From positions 23,418 to 87,417 of IMG/VR virus record IMGVR_UViG_3300040801_002879: a DNA stretch of 64,000 bases. One strand, given 5' to 3'. Source of the stretch: a virus. Its lineage: Duplodnaviria > Heunggongvirae > Uroviricota > Caudoviricetes. A model generated the notes under the pieces. That model was not told the origin of the DNA. It saw only the letters and a program-made list of their open reading frames with translations, and searched no databases. The position numbers were made by a program, and so were the translations under genes. Positions 39,768 to 49,531 of this stretch are shown one piece after another. The first letter of the stretch is position 1; each line of letters starts with the position of its first letter.

Positions 39768-40003
39768 TACCTCACTTTATCTAAATCTCCATAATCGGGT
39801 AATTCCTTTCCACAATAAGGACAATATTCTAACCAATCTAAAAGGTCACAGGCTAGGCTACGAGAAATTCCTAGAAAATCCTCACCATCATAGATTATAA
39901 AATATTTTCCCTTAATAATGGCTTGTCTAAAATCCATGCAATAATCACCTTCTAAAGGAATGTGCCCTGCATCACTCGTAGGCACTAACGTTTTAATTTT
40001 CAT
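39755..40003 (-). CDS. Hypothetical Cys-containing protein
   Basis: It is 82 aa with a CPYCGKE motif. Confidence 0.45.
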   Translation of the reverse strand: MKIKTLVPTSDAGHIPLEGDYCMDFRQAIIKGKYFIIYDGEDFLGISRSLACDLLDWLEYCPYCGKELPDYGDLDKVRYWTA

Positions 40004-40359
40004 TAGATTACCCCAAGTTCAAAAAATTTACCAGAGGGAATAGTGTAAATATCACCCTTTTCAACAAAGATTTCATTTCTGAAAGTGAATACTTTTGGTC
40101 TTAGTCCACCAAGCGTATTATAAATATCATATCCTTTGATAACGCCACGAAACATATGGATAGGAAACTCTAACTCAGTCGTAGCTATTGCCACTAGAGA
40201 GCTTTTGTGAGGTACTAGCCAATCTTCGGGTATGTTCATGCCTAGTAAAGGCTCACCAAATCTGCTCAGAACATATGCTGTACCACCATTGACACTCTCA
40301 ATAAAGCTTTCTAATGCGTTTTCTAACAGAAAATTGGTAAATCCTTTTGTTGCTCCCAT
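40003..40359 (-). CDS. Hypothetical protein
   Basis: It is 118 aa. Confidence 0.5.
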   Translation of the reverse strand: MGATKGFTNFLLENALESFIESVNGGTAYVLSRFGEPLLGMNIPEDWLVPHKSSLVAIATTELEFPIHMFRGVIKGYDIYNTLGGLRPKVFTFRNEIFVEKGDIYTIPSGKFFELGVI

Positions 40360-40960
40360 ATCCTAGCTCCTTTACTCTATCTTGAATAAACTCATTGATA
40401 TAATTATAACGTATTTGTCCAGCTTTGTCAAGACTGAAATTCCCAAGTGCCCAAGACATGAACATATCAGCATAATCTTCTTTATAAGTCATATCCGTAT
40501 TGTTCTTATAGAACGGTTGCCCTCTAAGAGTACGCTCATATTTCCCTGTCTCAGGATTATAACCACTAACATGAATATAATTACCATCTTCATAATAGCC
40601 TAGAGAATAATCAGCAAGCTCTGACCCTGTTCGCCCTGTATCATTGATAAAGCGATGTCCTAACTCATGCAATAGTAGCCCATCCATAACATCGGACTCT
40701 ATATCGCCATAGCAGTAAAGACTAGCCCAACAAGATACATAAGGCTCGCCTGTTTCTACGTGCTGAAAGTGGAGTGGTCCAAATATCTCGAATATCACCC
40801 TACTCTCTGGTACGCCTGTAACCCCTGATAGCTTGCGTGCCAAGGGTGCTAGCTCGCTCTCTAACCATTCCTGCTCAAAGCCCTGCTGTGTTATGCCAAA
40901 CATTGAGCTAAGAACGGTTAGAATAATAATAAGCTTCATTAGAAGTCTAGCTCCGCACAA
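40298..40960 (-). CDS. Secreted HExxH zinc-metallopeptidase-like protein
   Basis: An N-terminal signal-peptide-like segment (MKLIIILTVLSSMFG) is present, with HELGHRF downstream. Confidence 0.55.
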   Translation of the reverse strand: MCGARLLMKLIIILTVLSSMFGITQQGFEQEWLESELAPLARKLSGVTGVPESRVIFEIFGPLHFQHVETGEPYVSCWASLYCYGDIESDVMDGLLLHELGHRFINDTGRTGSELADYSLGYYEDGNYIHVSGYNPETGKYERTLRGQPFYKNNTDMTYKEDYADMFMSWALGNFSLDKAGQIRYNYINEFIQDRVKELGYGSNKRIYQFSVRKRIRKLY

Positions 40961-41166
40961 GTTACAACATCTGCATTATGAGAGAATTTATAAACCTCAT
41001 CCCAACACATGCCACAATCTTTACAAGTAATTGTGCGCCATGCCTCTTCTTCATCACAATACAGGGGGTCTGCTTCCAGCTTTTTACTACCACATACAGG
41101 ACAAGTTTCTCTAGCTATTTTCATTATAAATCCTCTCAAAAGTAGTAACAAATCGTTTAGCCTCAT
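40939..41166 (-). CDS. Zinc-ribbon protein
   Basis: It carries CPVCGS...CKDCG motifs. Confidence 0.45.
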   Translation of the reverse strand: MRLNDLLLLLRGFIMKIARETCPVCGSKKLEADPLYCDEEEAWRTITCKDCGMCWDEVYKFSHNADVVTCAELDF

Positions 41167-41392
41167 CTAATAATGCTTTTGCTTTATCTTCTCTCATACC
41201 AATACTACTTTGATAAAATTTCTGTACGTCTCTTGCAAAGTGGTTGAAGTTTACCTTGTGTCCATTTATCATCAGGACAACGTGAAAACCTTTCTCATCA
41301 GCAGTATAGCTTTTGCCATCTTCTATTTGAGTACAAATTATAGTCCAAATCAAATCTTTTTCAGCATCTGAAAATTCTAAGTAGTCTTTCAT
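41111..41392 (-). CDS. Hypothetical protein
   Basis: It is 93 aa. Confidence 0.45.
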   Translation of the reverse strand: MKDYLEFSDAEKDLIWTIICTQIEDGKSYTADEKGFHVVLMINGHKVNFNHFARDVQKFYQSSIGMREDKAKALLDEAKRFVTTFERIYNENS

Positions 41393-41697
41393 TCCTCATC
41401 TTCTCCTTCATAATAAGAATATTTACGATAATCATTAATAGTATTAGTAACCCACTCTATAGTATACCATAAGAATAGTATTGGTAAAGTAGTAGCTATA
41501 ATTACTCCAAACCCATATCCTAGTAGAAAAAGTCCAAGAAGAAAAACTCGTAATATAGCAGGAGTTATTTCAATAAACAACTCAGTATATGGTGATATGA
41601 GTACTCCTACTAATATTAGAGCTAAAATTGAAGCAATTACAATGCCTAAATATTTAAGAGCTATTGCTACTATATAAGCTATTTTACTCGGTCTCAT
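41389..41697 (-). CDS. Membrane protein
   Basis: It has three hydrophobic helices. Confidence 0.5.
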   Translation of the reverse strand: MRPSKIAYIVAIALKYLGIVIASILALILVGVLISPYTELFIEITPAILRVFLLGLFLLGYGFGVIIATTLPILFLWYTIEWVTNTINDYRKYSYYEGEDEE

Positions 41698-41872
41698 TTT
41701 CTTCTCCTATCGTAATCCTCTCTCGATTTTTACCAGTGCCTTTACATTCAGGACAGGTAACTAGCTCAAAGCCCTTATCAGTCATAGCCCAAAGCCTACC
41801 TCTTCCTTTGCACGTTTCGCACTTAGTTATCTTGATATATTCCACAATTTCCTTTTTCTCGTGGTAAAACAT
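41684..41872 (-). CDS. Zinc-ribbon protein (CETCKGRG...CPECKGTG)
   Basis: It has double CxxCxGxG motifs of the DnaJ-Cys-repeat type. Confidence 0.45.
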   Translation of the reverse strand: MFYHEKKEIVEYIKITKCETCKGRGRLWAMTDKGFELVTCPECKGTGKNRERITIGEENETE

Positions 41873-42066
41873 TAGTCAAATTCCTGATGAATAGTCATTA
41901 CGTTGTGTGCCACCGAGCCTACTCGGACACCGCCACCAATAACTCGTACTGCTAGGTCATTATCTCTTACATAGAAAGTAAAAGTCTGGTCTCCAACCTT
42001 TATCAAAACTGATTCTACCTCTTCAATGTATTTAAAGCTTAATCTTTTTCCAACTTCAATATCCAT
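41872..42066 (-). CDS. Hypothetical protein
   Basis: It is 64 aa. Confidence 0.45.
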   Translation of the reverse strand: MDIEVGKRLSFKYIEEVESVLIKVGDQTFTFYVRDNDLAVRVIGGGVRVGSVAHNVMTIHQEFD

Positions 42067-42068
42067 TT

Positions 42069-42347
42069 TTACTCCTTTATCATCATGTGATAATAGTGGA
42101 TAACTTCTTCAAAAGCTTCCATGGATGATATTCCATCCTCAGCTATCCAAAAGGTTGCAATACGAGCAGTTAGTTCATCGTCAAAGAACGTGTTAGTATT
42201 CCAAACCTCAATCTTTCGAACAATATCAACTTCAAGAAAATCAATATCTTGAACAAGCCCATTAGCTTCAATAATATCTACGTGGTCTGGATATTCCATT
42301 TTAGTCCTTTCTAGGTATACTGTCACTTTATTTCTCCACGCTAACAT
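42069..42347 (-). CDS. Hypothetical protein
   Basis: It is 92 aa. Confidence 0.45.
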   Translation of the reverse strand: MLAWRNKVTVYLERTKMEYPDHVDIIEANGLVQDIDFLEVDIVRKIEVWNTNTFFDDELTARIATFWIAEDGISSMEAFEEVIHYYHMMIKE

Positions 42348-42504
42348 TCATGGTAGTGGGTGAACCACATTCGCAAGTGCTGTAAATCTTATCAGCAATT
42401 TGCCTTGAGAAGGTCGGGTCCTCTGCCCTAGCTAAATCAATGCTGACAGTAGTAGTAAGACCACACTTCGGACATTCGTAAACTCTAAATTCTTTGCTCA
42501 TCTA
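42342..42504 (-). CDS. Small zinc-ribbon protein of about 54 aa (below the ORF-track cutoff): MSKEFRVYECPKCG...CECGSP
   Basis: I translated it by eye. It has a double CxxC, sits directly behind a promoter cassette, and ends in TAA. Confidence 0.4.
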
Positions 42505-42585
42505 AAATTCCTTTCTTTGTTGACTTGACTATACTTATTTTACCACATTGTACGGAGAAGTCAAGTCAATTATGTTAACGGAATG

Positions 42586-42768
42586 TTAAGACTTCCATGA
42601 CCTCTCAATAACTTTTCCATCAGTGTCAACAATATACCAACCCCCTTTTAAGCTTTCGTCTACTATCATAGGCATCCCACCAATCTTATACTCCCGCCAG
42701 CGTTTCTCAATTTCAGGAGCACTCATAAGCTCATTATAAAATTCTTGTGATACATATATTCGCATCAT
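42586..42768 (-). CDS. Hypothetical protein
   Basis: It is 60 aa and overlaps the downstream gene start. Confidence 0.4.
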   Translation of the reverse strand: MMRIYVSQEFYNELMSAPEIEKRWREYKIGGMPMIVDESLKGGWYIVDTDGKVIERSWKS

Positions 42769-42962
42769 ACTAAACTCGCAAACCCATCTTCATCTGTACG
42801 GATAGAATAACTACGTGCATTACTCACTGGCTCATTTCTCTCATTGTCAAATATTTCTACTGCGTTACCCTTTTCAAGCTCGGTACGTGCAATATTCTCA
42901 TCATACTTACCAGTGTAAACAAATGCACCAGTTTCGCCATTATAAACATTCATGCTAATCAT
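42765..42962 (-). CDS. Hypothetical protein
   Basis: It is 65 aa. Confidence 0.4.
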   Translation of the reverse strand: MISMNVYNGETGAFVYTGKYDENIARTELEKGNAVEIFDNERNEPVSNARSYSIRTDEDGFASLV

Positions 42963-42964
42963 AT

Positions 42965-43183
42965 TTATTGCACCATATAAGTACTTTCTGCCTTATCAAT
43001 AAGGCTCATAATTATATTAGCCCCTGCTTGTCCTAAGCGGTCTTGCAAAGCAAATGCTAGCACCTCTCTAAAATGTTCTGTATGTGCTAAAGCGTGTCCA
43101 ATGTTACGAGTACCCTGTTCATAAATTTCTTTATCAAACTCTTTAGCTTTTCTCTCTACAAATTGCTGATGTGCGTTAGGCAT
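42965..43183 (-). CDS. Hypothetical protein
   Basis: It is 72 aa. Confidence 0.45.
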   Translation of the reverse strand: MPNAHQQFVERKAKEFDKEIYEQGTRNIGHALAHTEHFREVLAFALQDRLGQAGANIIMSLIDKAESTYMVQ

Positions 43184-43195
43184 GTTATATCCTTT

Positions 43196-43984
43196 CTAGT
43201 CATCCTCATAAAATAATGCGTGCTCGTGGTCAATAAGCAGGTAGTAGTGTCCATTACCACAGCCCCTGTATTCCTCACTATAGCTACCAGTCATTCTCTC
43301 AGGGTCGTAACTAACAGATACATCATAATAGTTAGGCACATCCTCAAATTCCCTGAAAGGCTCTTTATTTTCCATAGCTTCTTTCAATGCCTGTCTAATA
43401 TCGTCTGTTCGATACTTGCCAAAGTAAATGGTCTTGATTTTAGCATTTCTGCTCATTTTCCAGATAAGCTCTGATTGGATAACTTCGTTGCCCTCTGAAT
43501 TGATATAGACTAATCCCTCATGGATAGCTTTCAATTCATCGGTAACATCCTCATCCCACCCACGTCTTTCAACGGAGCGTGCTTTCTGCATATCTTTATA
43601 GCCAATTTCAAGCGCAATTCGAATGTTATCAGCGTATTTCTCGAATAAGCCTGATTGCTCTAAGTAGCCCAAAGCTGTTTTCCAGCTATCTTCCCAAACC
43701 TCAGCATCTGTTTTGCGTTTCTCAGGAACAACAACAGATTTGATAGTGCCAAGGGATAAGTAAGTGCCCCAACGTCTCCTGCCTTTAGAGTAAACAAATA
43801 TATCATCACTGTATACATTGATACGTCTTTTCTGGCTATAATCATCCCCATACTTAGGAGAATAATTAAGAGTTACTCGCACCTTCTCAAAGCGGTAGTT
43901 TTCATTAAGGTAGTCAATAAGCTTTGCTCGTTCTGCTGTTCTTTCCTCATATGTTTTATCTGCAAATTCAAATGTAACTGCCAT
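43196..43984 (-). CDS. Hypothetical protein
   Basis: It is 262 aa and is the first gene behind the promoter cassette at 44018-44073. Confidence 0.55.
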   Translation of the reverse strand: MAVTFEFADKTYEERTAERAKLIDYLNENYRFEKVRVTLNYSPKYGDDYSQKRRINVYSDDIFVYSKGRRRWGTYLSLGTIKSVVVPEKRKTDAEVWEDSWKTALGYLEQSGLFEKYADNIRIALEIGYKDMQKARSVERRGWDEDVTDELKAIHEGLVYINSEGNEVIQSELIWKMSRNAKIKTIYFGKYRTDDIRQALKEAMENKEPFREFEDVPNYYDVSVSYDPERMTGSYSEEYRGCGNGHYYLLIDHEHALFYEDD

Positions 43985-44017
43985 CTGTAATTCCTTTCTG
44001 TATTTGACTATGCTCTA

Positions 44018-44073
44018 ATTATACTACCAGCCATGAGAAAGTCAAGGCTATTTATGTTAAGAGATTGTTAACA
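44018..44073 (-). promoter_or_regulatory. Promoter cassette (GTTAACAATCTCTTAACAT, then TTGACT-16-TATAAT)
   Basis: The -35 is at 44040-45 and the -10 at 44018-23. Confidence 0.65.
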
Positions 44074-44333
44074 AAACCCTTATGAGTACTATCAATAGAT
44101 TTTTTTATTTCAGGCGTAACTGGTTGAGAAAAGAAAAACCAATTAGCCATTTCATCCTGTAGCATGAGAGGACAGTCGTCTGGTCTACCAACATCATCCA
44201 TCAAGTACAAATATGTACCAGTAATCCCACACTCGCCACCATGTTCGCTTACGGTATGAGCAAACGGACAATCCCAACAATTTTCATACATTTCCTCTAC
44301 CAATACTTTCTTTACATTATCAAATTTAGGCAT
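44052..44333 (-). CDS. Hypothetical Cys-containing protein
   Basis: It is 93 aa with CWDCP...CG motifs. Confidence 0.45.
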   Translation of the reverse strand: MPKFDNVKKVLVEEMYENCWDCPFAHTVSEHGGECGITGTYLYLMDDVGRPDDCPLMLQDEMANWFFFSQPVTPEIKKSIDSTHKGFVNNLLT

Positions 44334-44344
44334 AACAATCCTCT

Positions 44345-44542
44345 CTAAAACCGTTCCAATTTTCCATACTTATCAACATAGTAAGTATAATGAGATAGAA
44401 GTCTTTTTTCATTAAGCTTACGTGACATTACATGAAAAGCGTCTTTTGCTGGTTTCATTCTAAGAATAAACCTATGATTAGTGAAGTCATACTCTACATC
44501 GTCAACCTCTTGTACGTTAATTTCTACGATAAACTCTGCCAT
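44345..44542 (-). CDS. Hypothetical protein
   Basis: It is 65 aa. Confidence 0.45.
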   Translation of the reverse strand: MAEFIVEINVQEVDDVEYDFTNHRFILRMKPAKDAFHVMSRKLNEKRLLSHYTYYVDKYGKLERF

Positions 44543-44724
44543 TATAAAACCTTTCCAATAGCTTCGGATAATTCGAACAGTTCTTCCTCACGTAGGACAA
44601 TTTTCCTGAGACCCATGCGGATAAAAAACCAACCATCCTCATCAATTCCCACTTCTGCCATACCATTGTCCTCTTGCCAGATAACCTCTTCTTCGGGTAC
44701 GTAGTCGTCAAATAATTCATCCAT
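44542..44724 (-). CDS. Hypothetical acidic protein
   Basis: It is 60 aa. I preferred it over the overlapping alternative frame 44517..44720. Confidence 0.45.
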   Translation of the reverse strand: MDELFDDYVPEEEVIWQEDNGMAEVGIDEDGWFFIRMGLRKIVLREEELFELSEAIGKVL

Positions 44725-45206
44725 TAGAACCTCTCATTCACAATTTCAGCATCAGGATATTTTTCTTTCACTGCTTTGATATAAGCAGGAGTAGGTGAAA
44801 CATTCACTGTACGATATTCCCCTTTACCACAGTCAGAAGTAATGAGGACAATTTTATTCTTGCACAACCTCTTCCATTGTTTGTTTTCCTCATACTCATT
44901 AACCAACTCGTCAACTACAATATCAAGGCAACTATCAACAGTTGAATTGAATACAGGAACAGGCGGTAATGATTTAGCATACTCTCGTGCTTCGTCAAGC
45001 TTATCTTGATTGAGTACATCATAGCGATATTCGCCACCCCAAGCATCATCAGTAACAACTGCAATCCGTTTCCCATCGGCATACAAACTAGCCTGAAAAC
45101 CAATTCCCTCAACGCCTGTCCAAGTCTTGACATTTTTGACTTCTAGTTTCATTTCTAAACTCCTTTGCTCTTTGAATGTAAATGAATTATACCACTTACT
45201 AGCCAT
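44724..45206 (-). CDS. Hypothetical protein
   Basis: It is 160 aa and is the first gene behind the promoter cassette at 45186-45240. Confidence 0.55.
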   Translation of the reverse strand: MASKWYNSFTFKEQRSLEMKLEVKNVKTWTGVEGIGFQASLYADGKRIAVVTDDAWGGEYRYDVLNQDKLDEAREYAKSLPPVPVFNSTVDSCLDIVVDELVNEYEENKQWKRLCKNKIVLITSDCGKGEYRTVNVSPTPAYIKAVKEKYPDAEIVNERF

Positions 45207-45240
45207 AGGTCAAGGGTAGTTATGTTAACAGATTGTTAAA
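45186..45240 (-). promoter_or_regulatory. Promoter cassette (TTAACAATCTGTTAACAT, then TTGACC-16-TATAAT)
   Basis: The -35 is at 45208-13 and the -10 at 45186-91. Confidence 0.65.
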
Positions 45241-45502
45241 TCTCAAGCCTAATATTTTTATGTTTTTTAGCTTCTTCTCTAGCTTCTCTTCTTTCAATAA
45301 CTGCTTTTTCAACTGAAAGTTTAGCGTCTTTATCATTAATAAAATATCCCTCTAAATGAAATTGTCTAATCCAAAGGATACCTAGAACTCTTTCATAGAC
45401 CTCATACCAATACTCTCTTCTTCTGTAGTAGTAGCTATGAAATACTCTGTCTGTTCTTTTAAGTTTATACTTAGTCATTTTGTTTCTCCCTGAGATAATC
45501 AA
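45236..45502 (-). CDS. Hypothetical basic protein
   Basis: It is 88 aa. Confidence 0.45.
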   Translation of the reverse strand: MIISGRNKMTKYKLKRTDRVFHSYYYRRREYWYEVYERVLGILWIRQFHLEGYFINDKDAKLSVEKAVIERREAREEAKKHKNIRLEI

Positions 45503-45692
45503 ATATGATTTTCGCCATAACCTGCGTGGAGCGCAAGCCTTTAGCAGGATTAAAATTATTCATATGTCTAATCATATTATGAATAATGGTAAATCGTAAC
45601 ACAAGGTCACTCACCATTTGTTCATCAAATTCTACTTTAGCACCTTCCAATGCCCTGATAATAAAACCTCTGTAACCATAATCTTCTGTCAT
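45471..45692 (-). CDS. Hypothetical protein
   Basis: It is 73 aa. Confidence 0.45.
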   Translation of the reverse strand: MTEDYGYRGFIIRALEGAKVEFDEQMVSDLVLRFTIIHNMIRHMNNFNPAKGLRSTQVMAKIIFDYLREKQND

Positions 45693-45883
45693 TATTCTTC
45701 CTCTCTTATTGGTAGTAAGGTTTCGCCATGGAATTTAGCGTCACATTCCATGCAACTAAATATCCAATCATATACCCTATTATATAAATAATCCATAGCC
45801 CCGCCACAAGCAGGACACTGGTGATATGCTCTCATGCGATACTGCATGTAGTCTGCAAATGCTTCTAACCACTCATTAGCCAT
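45692..45883 (-). CDS. Zinc-finger protein. Start adjusted to MANEWLE, which has an AGGAG RBS.
   Basis: It carries CPACGG...CMECDAKF motifs. The internal ATG has a strong Shine-Dalgarno. The upstream extension overlaps a small TM ORF. Confidence 0.45.
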   Translation of the reverse strand: MANEWLEAFADYMQYRMRAYHQCPACGGAMDYLYNRVYDWIFSCMECDAKFHGETLLPIREEE

Positions 45884-46266
45884 TGTTATACTCCTATCAG
45901 TTGTGCGATAGCTGATATTAAATAAATAGTTACTATAATCATCAATAAGGTCGCAACAATACTTCCGAAAACTGTCCAAACAGGTACTACAAATTTCCAG
46001 AAAAGTTTCTCATGCCAGCTCTCTTTAAATCTCATTAGAATAATCCTTTCACCAACACTGCCAGCACTGCCAGCATAATCAATATTGCGAGTATGCTCCC
46101 GACTATTGAAAGCACCATAGATAATTTGTCAAGCCAAGTTTTCATATTAGTTTCTCCTAACTGTTTAGTTAGCCCTACCTATATCAAATATTAGGCACGC
46201 CTAACTTAACACTTTTCCTAGACTAAAAGCCACCCCAAATTGAGGAATGGTTAGTCCAAGTATAGA

Positions 46267-46461
46267 CTATTTATCACCTTTATAAAACCATTTTACGAGC
46301 AATTTCTGTACCTTCTGCTTTACATTCGCATCTTCTATTAGCTTTGCCAGCTTTTCTACCATAGGCATGATTACAAAGAACGCCAGCAAGAAACCAATTA
46401 TGCCAACAAGTAAGCCAATCTCTATTCCACGTAAAACGCCACCGATTAACTCATCTATCAT
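46267..46461 (-). CDS. Small membrane protein
   Basis: It is 64 aa with one TM helix. Confidence 0.45.
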   Translation of the reverse strand: MIDELIGGVLRGIEIGLLVGIIGFLLAFFVIMPMVEKLAKLIEDANVKQKVQKLLVKWFYKGDK

Positions 46462-46683
46462 TTACCATACTCCTTTGAATTTAGGCTTACACTCCGCATC
46501 CAACATCTGTTTCGCCATCACGTTTGCCAATCCTATTCCATAACGATGTTTCAAAGCTATGTGTACAACCAGAATAAAGTCATCTATTTCAGCAAATGCT
46601 TCTCCAAATGTGTTTGGATTATACTTGCCTAGCTCTTTATGTATTCTGTCAATGTGTTCCTGTCTAGCTACTGTTCGCTCCAT
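46462..46683 (-). CDS. Hypothetical protein
   Basis: It is 73 aa. Confidence 0.45.
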   Translation of the reverse strand: MERTVARQEHIDRIHKELGKYNPNTFGEAFAEIDDFILVVHIALKHRYGIGLANVMAKQMLDAECKPKFKGVW

Positions 46684-47044
46684 TAGTTACTCCTTTCATG
46701 TAAATAAGCATACCACCTTATTTATGTTTTGTCAAGAACAGTTACTCCAAATAGCCATCGTAAATGATAATGTATTCACTGGCGAAGTCAACTACCAACT
46801 GAAACCCACCATACTTATCATACAAGTCCTGTAAGTCCTGTATAGTACCGATATATACAGTTTCCACATGTTCGCCATCACAATTCCACACTAAGAATTT
46901 CATTCTACCACTCTCCTTTGACCACTAAAACAATCCCCCATATGAATACAATACCTATAACAATCAGTAAGCCAATATTCTGATTTTGCCACGCCATTAC
47001 TGTGACAAGCCCCAAAAGAAAAAATACAAGATTTCTAAATGCTT

Positions 47045-47242
47045 TCATTTTACCTCACTTCCACAAAACGGACAATAACTAAATTCATTATATTCTTCAT
47101 CCAATAATTCATATTGCCCAAACGTATTGGTGGATAACACAATCAACCATCTACCCTGTTCCTTCTTGATAGCTAACTTATGGAAAGCTTCTTCAAAGGT
47201 TGTACAGCATGGGGTGTGTTCTTTACCTTCGACAAACATCAT
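47045..47242 (-). CDS. Zinc-ribbon protein
   Basis: It carries CCTTFEE...CPFCGSE motifs. Confidence 0.45.
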   Translation of the reverse strand: MMFVEGKEHTPCCTTFEEAFHKLAIKKEQGRWLIVLSTNTFGQYELLDEEYNEFSYCPFCGSEVK

Positions 47243-47558
47243 ACATCCTCTCTAGTAATTCTCGAATATGCTTATGTAATCATCATCCCAACCCCTGCTT
47301 TCAAACTCATTCTTGATTGTCTGAAAATCTTCTTCATCAGGAAGTGTACCATCGAATAAATCGTTTGTCAAGAGAGAGGAAAGGAAAAGTATGAATTGTT
47401 TATCAGTCATTAAAACTCCTTATTTTACCCGTCTGGACACACACAAACAAGCCTCTCAAAATTCCCTGAGCCACGAGTGATAAGTGTACCCTCTTACCCT
47501 CTACTCGTCTCCTGAGCCTTCCTGTGCGTTCCTGTGCCTATTTACAGCCTGTTTCAGA

Positions 47559-47801
47559 CTACCAAAACAACTCTCTATCCGATATTCTCTCGATAGCCCA
47601 CACTATGCCCCATAATAATAACCCTGTTCCGACTATCGCAAGGATTGCCCATATACCCCCGATAAGGTAAAGCAGGTATAGTATTATTCCTGTGAATGTA
47701 AATGCTGGTATCATTATCATTGCTATTGCGAGTTTATCTAATAACTTCTCTTTGCTCATTTCTGCTCCTTCCAGCGAAAACCTTATACAAACGTTATCCA
47801 T
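47559..47801 (-). CDS. Small membrane protein
   Basis: It has two TM helices. Confidence 0.45.
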   Translation of the reverse strand: MDNVCIRFSLEGAEMSKEKLLDKLAIAMIMIPAFTFTGIILYLLYLIGGIWAILAIVGTGLLLWGIVWAIERISDRELFW

Positions 47802-47968
47802 AAGAATATGCCTGAGAATATAAGACTCATCAGTGCCATGGATGTAAGCTGTGCCACTGTTTGCCAGTCCTTCCTGCGAATATAGCTTACTATATAGCGT
47901 ATGAATAGTGCCACAAAGAAAAGGTGGACACCTGCGCCTATTCCCGCGAAAAACCTAAATATTATCAT
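47783..47968 (-). CDS. Small membrane protein with an MIIFRFFAG N-terminus
   Basis: It is 61 aa. The TTTTCGCGGGAA motif lies inside its first 12 codons. Confidence 0.45.
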   Translation of the reverse strand: MIIFRFFAGIGAGVHLFFVALFIRYIVSYIRRKDWQTVAQLTSMALMSLIFSGIFLWITFV

Positions 47969-48219
47969 TGTGTTAACTCCTGTAAGAGGATATGGTCATC
48001 TATCCCATACCCATCTAGCTCATATAGGAAACCGTTAGGCATTGTAGCGTAGCATCGAGTGATAAGGAATCCCTGCTCCCATGTCACCACGTCACCATAC
48101 AGTGCCTGTAAGTCTTGACAGTCTCTCAGGTCTGCTGTCGCTACTACTGAAAGCATTATGATTACAAAAATTGCAAACGCACCCAAAAAACCAAACATTA
48201 TTTTCAATCCATCATCCAT
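47965..48219 (-). CDS. Small membrane protein
   Basis: It is 84 aa. Confidence 0.45.
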   Translation of the reverse strand: MDDGLKIMFGFLGAFAIFVIIMLSVVATADLRDCQDLQALYGDVVTWEQGFLITRCYATMPNGFLYELDGYGIDDHILLQELTQ

Positions 48220-48220
48220 T

Positions 48221-48505
48221 TTAGTCTCTCCAATACTCTATGTGCCTGTATTCCTGCTTTGAGATAAGGGTGCGCCCATCATAGGTTTCATCCCTCTCTG
48301 TCACTTCGAACTCCGCTAAGGGATGTTCCCGCAAGGCGTGGTCCACCAGTGCGAATACAGTCTCTAATTCGATACCCATTATCCATGCGTTGAAGATACA
48401 ATTCCCGCTATGATTATATTGCGCTATCTTGAATGTATACTCGCCTTCCCCGCTATCCTGCGCTATTATATCTTCTATCTCCCGATTATAAGTAGCATTG
48501 TCCAT
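48221..48505 (-). CDS. Hypothetical protein
   Basis: It is 94 aa. Confidence 0.45.
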   Translation of the reverse strand: MDNATYNREIEDIIAQDSGEGEYTFKIAQYNHSGNCIFNAWIMGIELETVFALVDHALREHPLAEFEVTERDETYDGRTLISKQEYRHIEYWRD

Positions 48506-48514
48506 ACTTTACTC

Positions 48515-48859
48515 CTATTTTAAGGTGTGTCTGATAGCTATGTCCATAGCATATGCTACGAGACTATTACTTGCATCCTCATCGTCTCCTGTCAAAGCTC
48601 TTTTCCACGCTTCTACGGTCTGCACTGGTGATGCCAGTCTCAAAGCTTCTGTTACCGCTTCTACCAGCAGTTCCTCTTTCCCGCATTCATACAGGTGATT
48701 TGCCAGTGCACCTACCAGAGCAGGAATGTCATCATTCAACAGGTAGCCAGTGCCCCCCATATCCACGGTATCATTCTCGAAAGCTAGGGTGTAACAACCC
48801 TTCTTTTCCAGATAAAAATTCTTATCAACATTATCTCGCCAAAGTTCTTTGCCCATCAT
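48515..48859 (-). CDS. Hypothetical protein
   Basis: It is 114 aa. Confidence 0.5.
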   Translation of the reverse strand: MMGKELWRDNVDKNFYLEKKGCYTLAFENDTVDMGGTGYLLNDDIPALVGALANHLYECGKEELLVEAVTEALRLASPVQTVEAWKRALTGDDEDASNSLVAYAMDIAIRHTLK

Positions 48860-48913
48860 AACTCCTTTATATTCTCGTGACTAAACTAATTCTACCATAA
48901 GGTATCTTGAATG

Positions 48914-49135
48914 TCAAGCAACTGCTACCACTACGCCATAGGCTACGGTATCTTGAGGGTACTCCCGTGTCTGCCATGGGGATTCATACAGCCCCTGCCC
49001 GATACGATGTACCTGCACGTGCCCAAACTTGTCTCTCGTGGCATCATCCCATTCAACCATGTTGGTGTCTCCCTCTTCCCCGATAATATATAATGCCCGA
49101 ATGTCAAACTTTTCTGCTAACTCAATTAGTGTCAT
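48914..49135 (-). CDS. Hypothetical protein
   Basis: It is 73 aa. The motif TTTCGCGGGAAAGGAATAATATG lies at its translation start. Confidence 0.45.
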   Translation of the reverse strand: MTLIELAEKFDIRALYIIGEEGDTNMVEWDDATRDKFGHVQVHRIGQGLYESPWQTREYPQDTVAYGVVVAVA

Positions 49136-49156
49136 ATTATTCCTTTCCCGCGAAAT

Positions 49157-49531
49157 CTAGTCTAAACTTGTACTAAAATTATACCCCTGCTCCCGCAACC
49201 AGTCAAGTACCCCCTCACTACTCAACTGCCACCCCTGATAAGGCAATCCTGCGATAACCTGCCACTTATACCTTTGATAATAAAGAGCAGTATCAGCCCA
49301 CGTGTCTACTTTACTTTTATTCAACACCTTACTAAGGACTGTATACAATATTGCCCACGCTAGTTGAGCAGGACCACTCCCACCATACCCCCACTCAAAA
49401 CCTGTAGGAGAGTGATTACAATGCTCTAAATATAACGGAAGAGGTTCTGGCTCAAAACCAACCGCCCAATAATATACCTGCTTACTCTCAATTGGCTGTG
49501 CAGGGTCTCTACTTCCCGCGAAAATAATCAT
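49157..49531 (-). CDS. Hypothetical protein with an MIIFAGSRD N-terminus
   Basis: It is 124 aa. The TTTTCGCGGGAA motif lies at codons 3-6. Confidence 0.5.
   Translation of the reverse strand: MIIFAGSRDPAQPIESKQVYYWAVGFEPEPLPLYLEHCNHSPTGFEWGYGGSGPAQLAWAILYTVLSKVLNKSKVDTWADTALYYQRYKWQVIAGLPYQGWQLSSEGVLDWLREQGYNFSTSLD

Noticed and set aside
44517-44720. An alternative-frame ORF overlapping 44542..44724
   Set aside because: The acidic in-operon frame (44542..44724) abuts both neighbours with ATGA-type junctions. The alternative frame has no RBS and a Lys/Arg/Trp-biased artefact composition.
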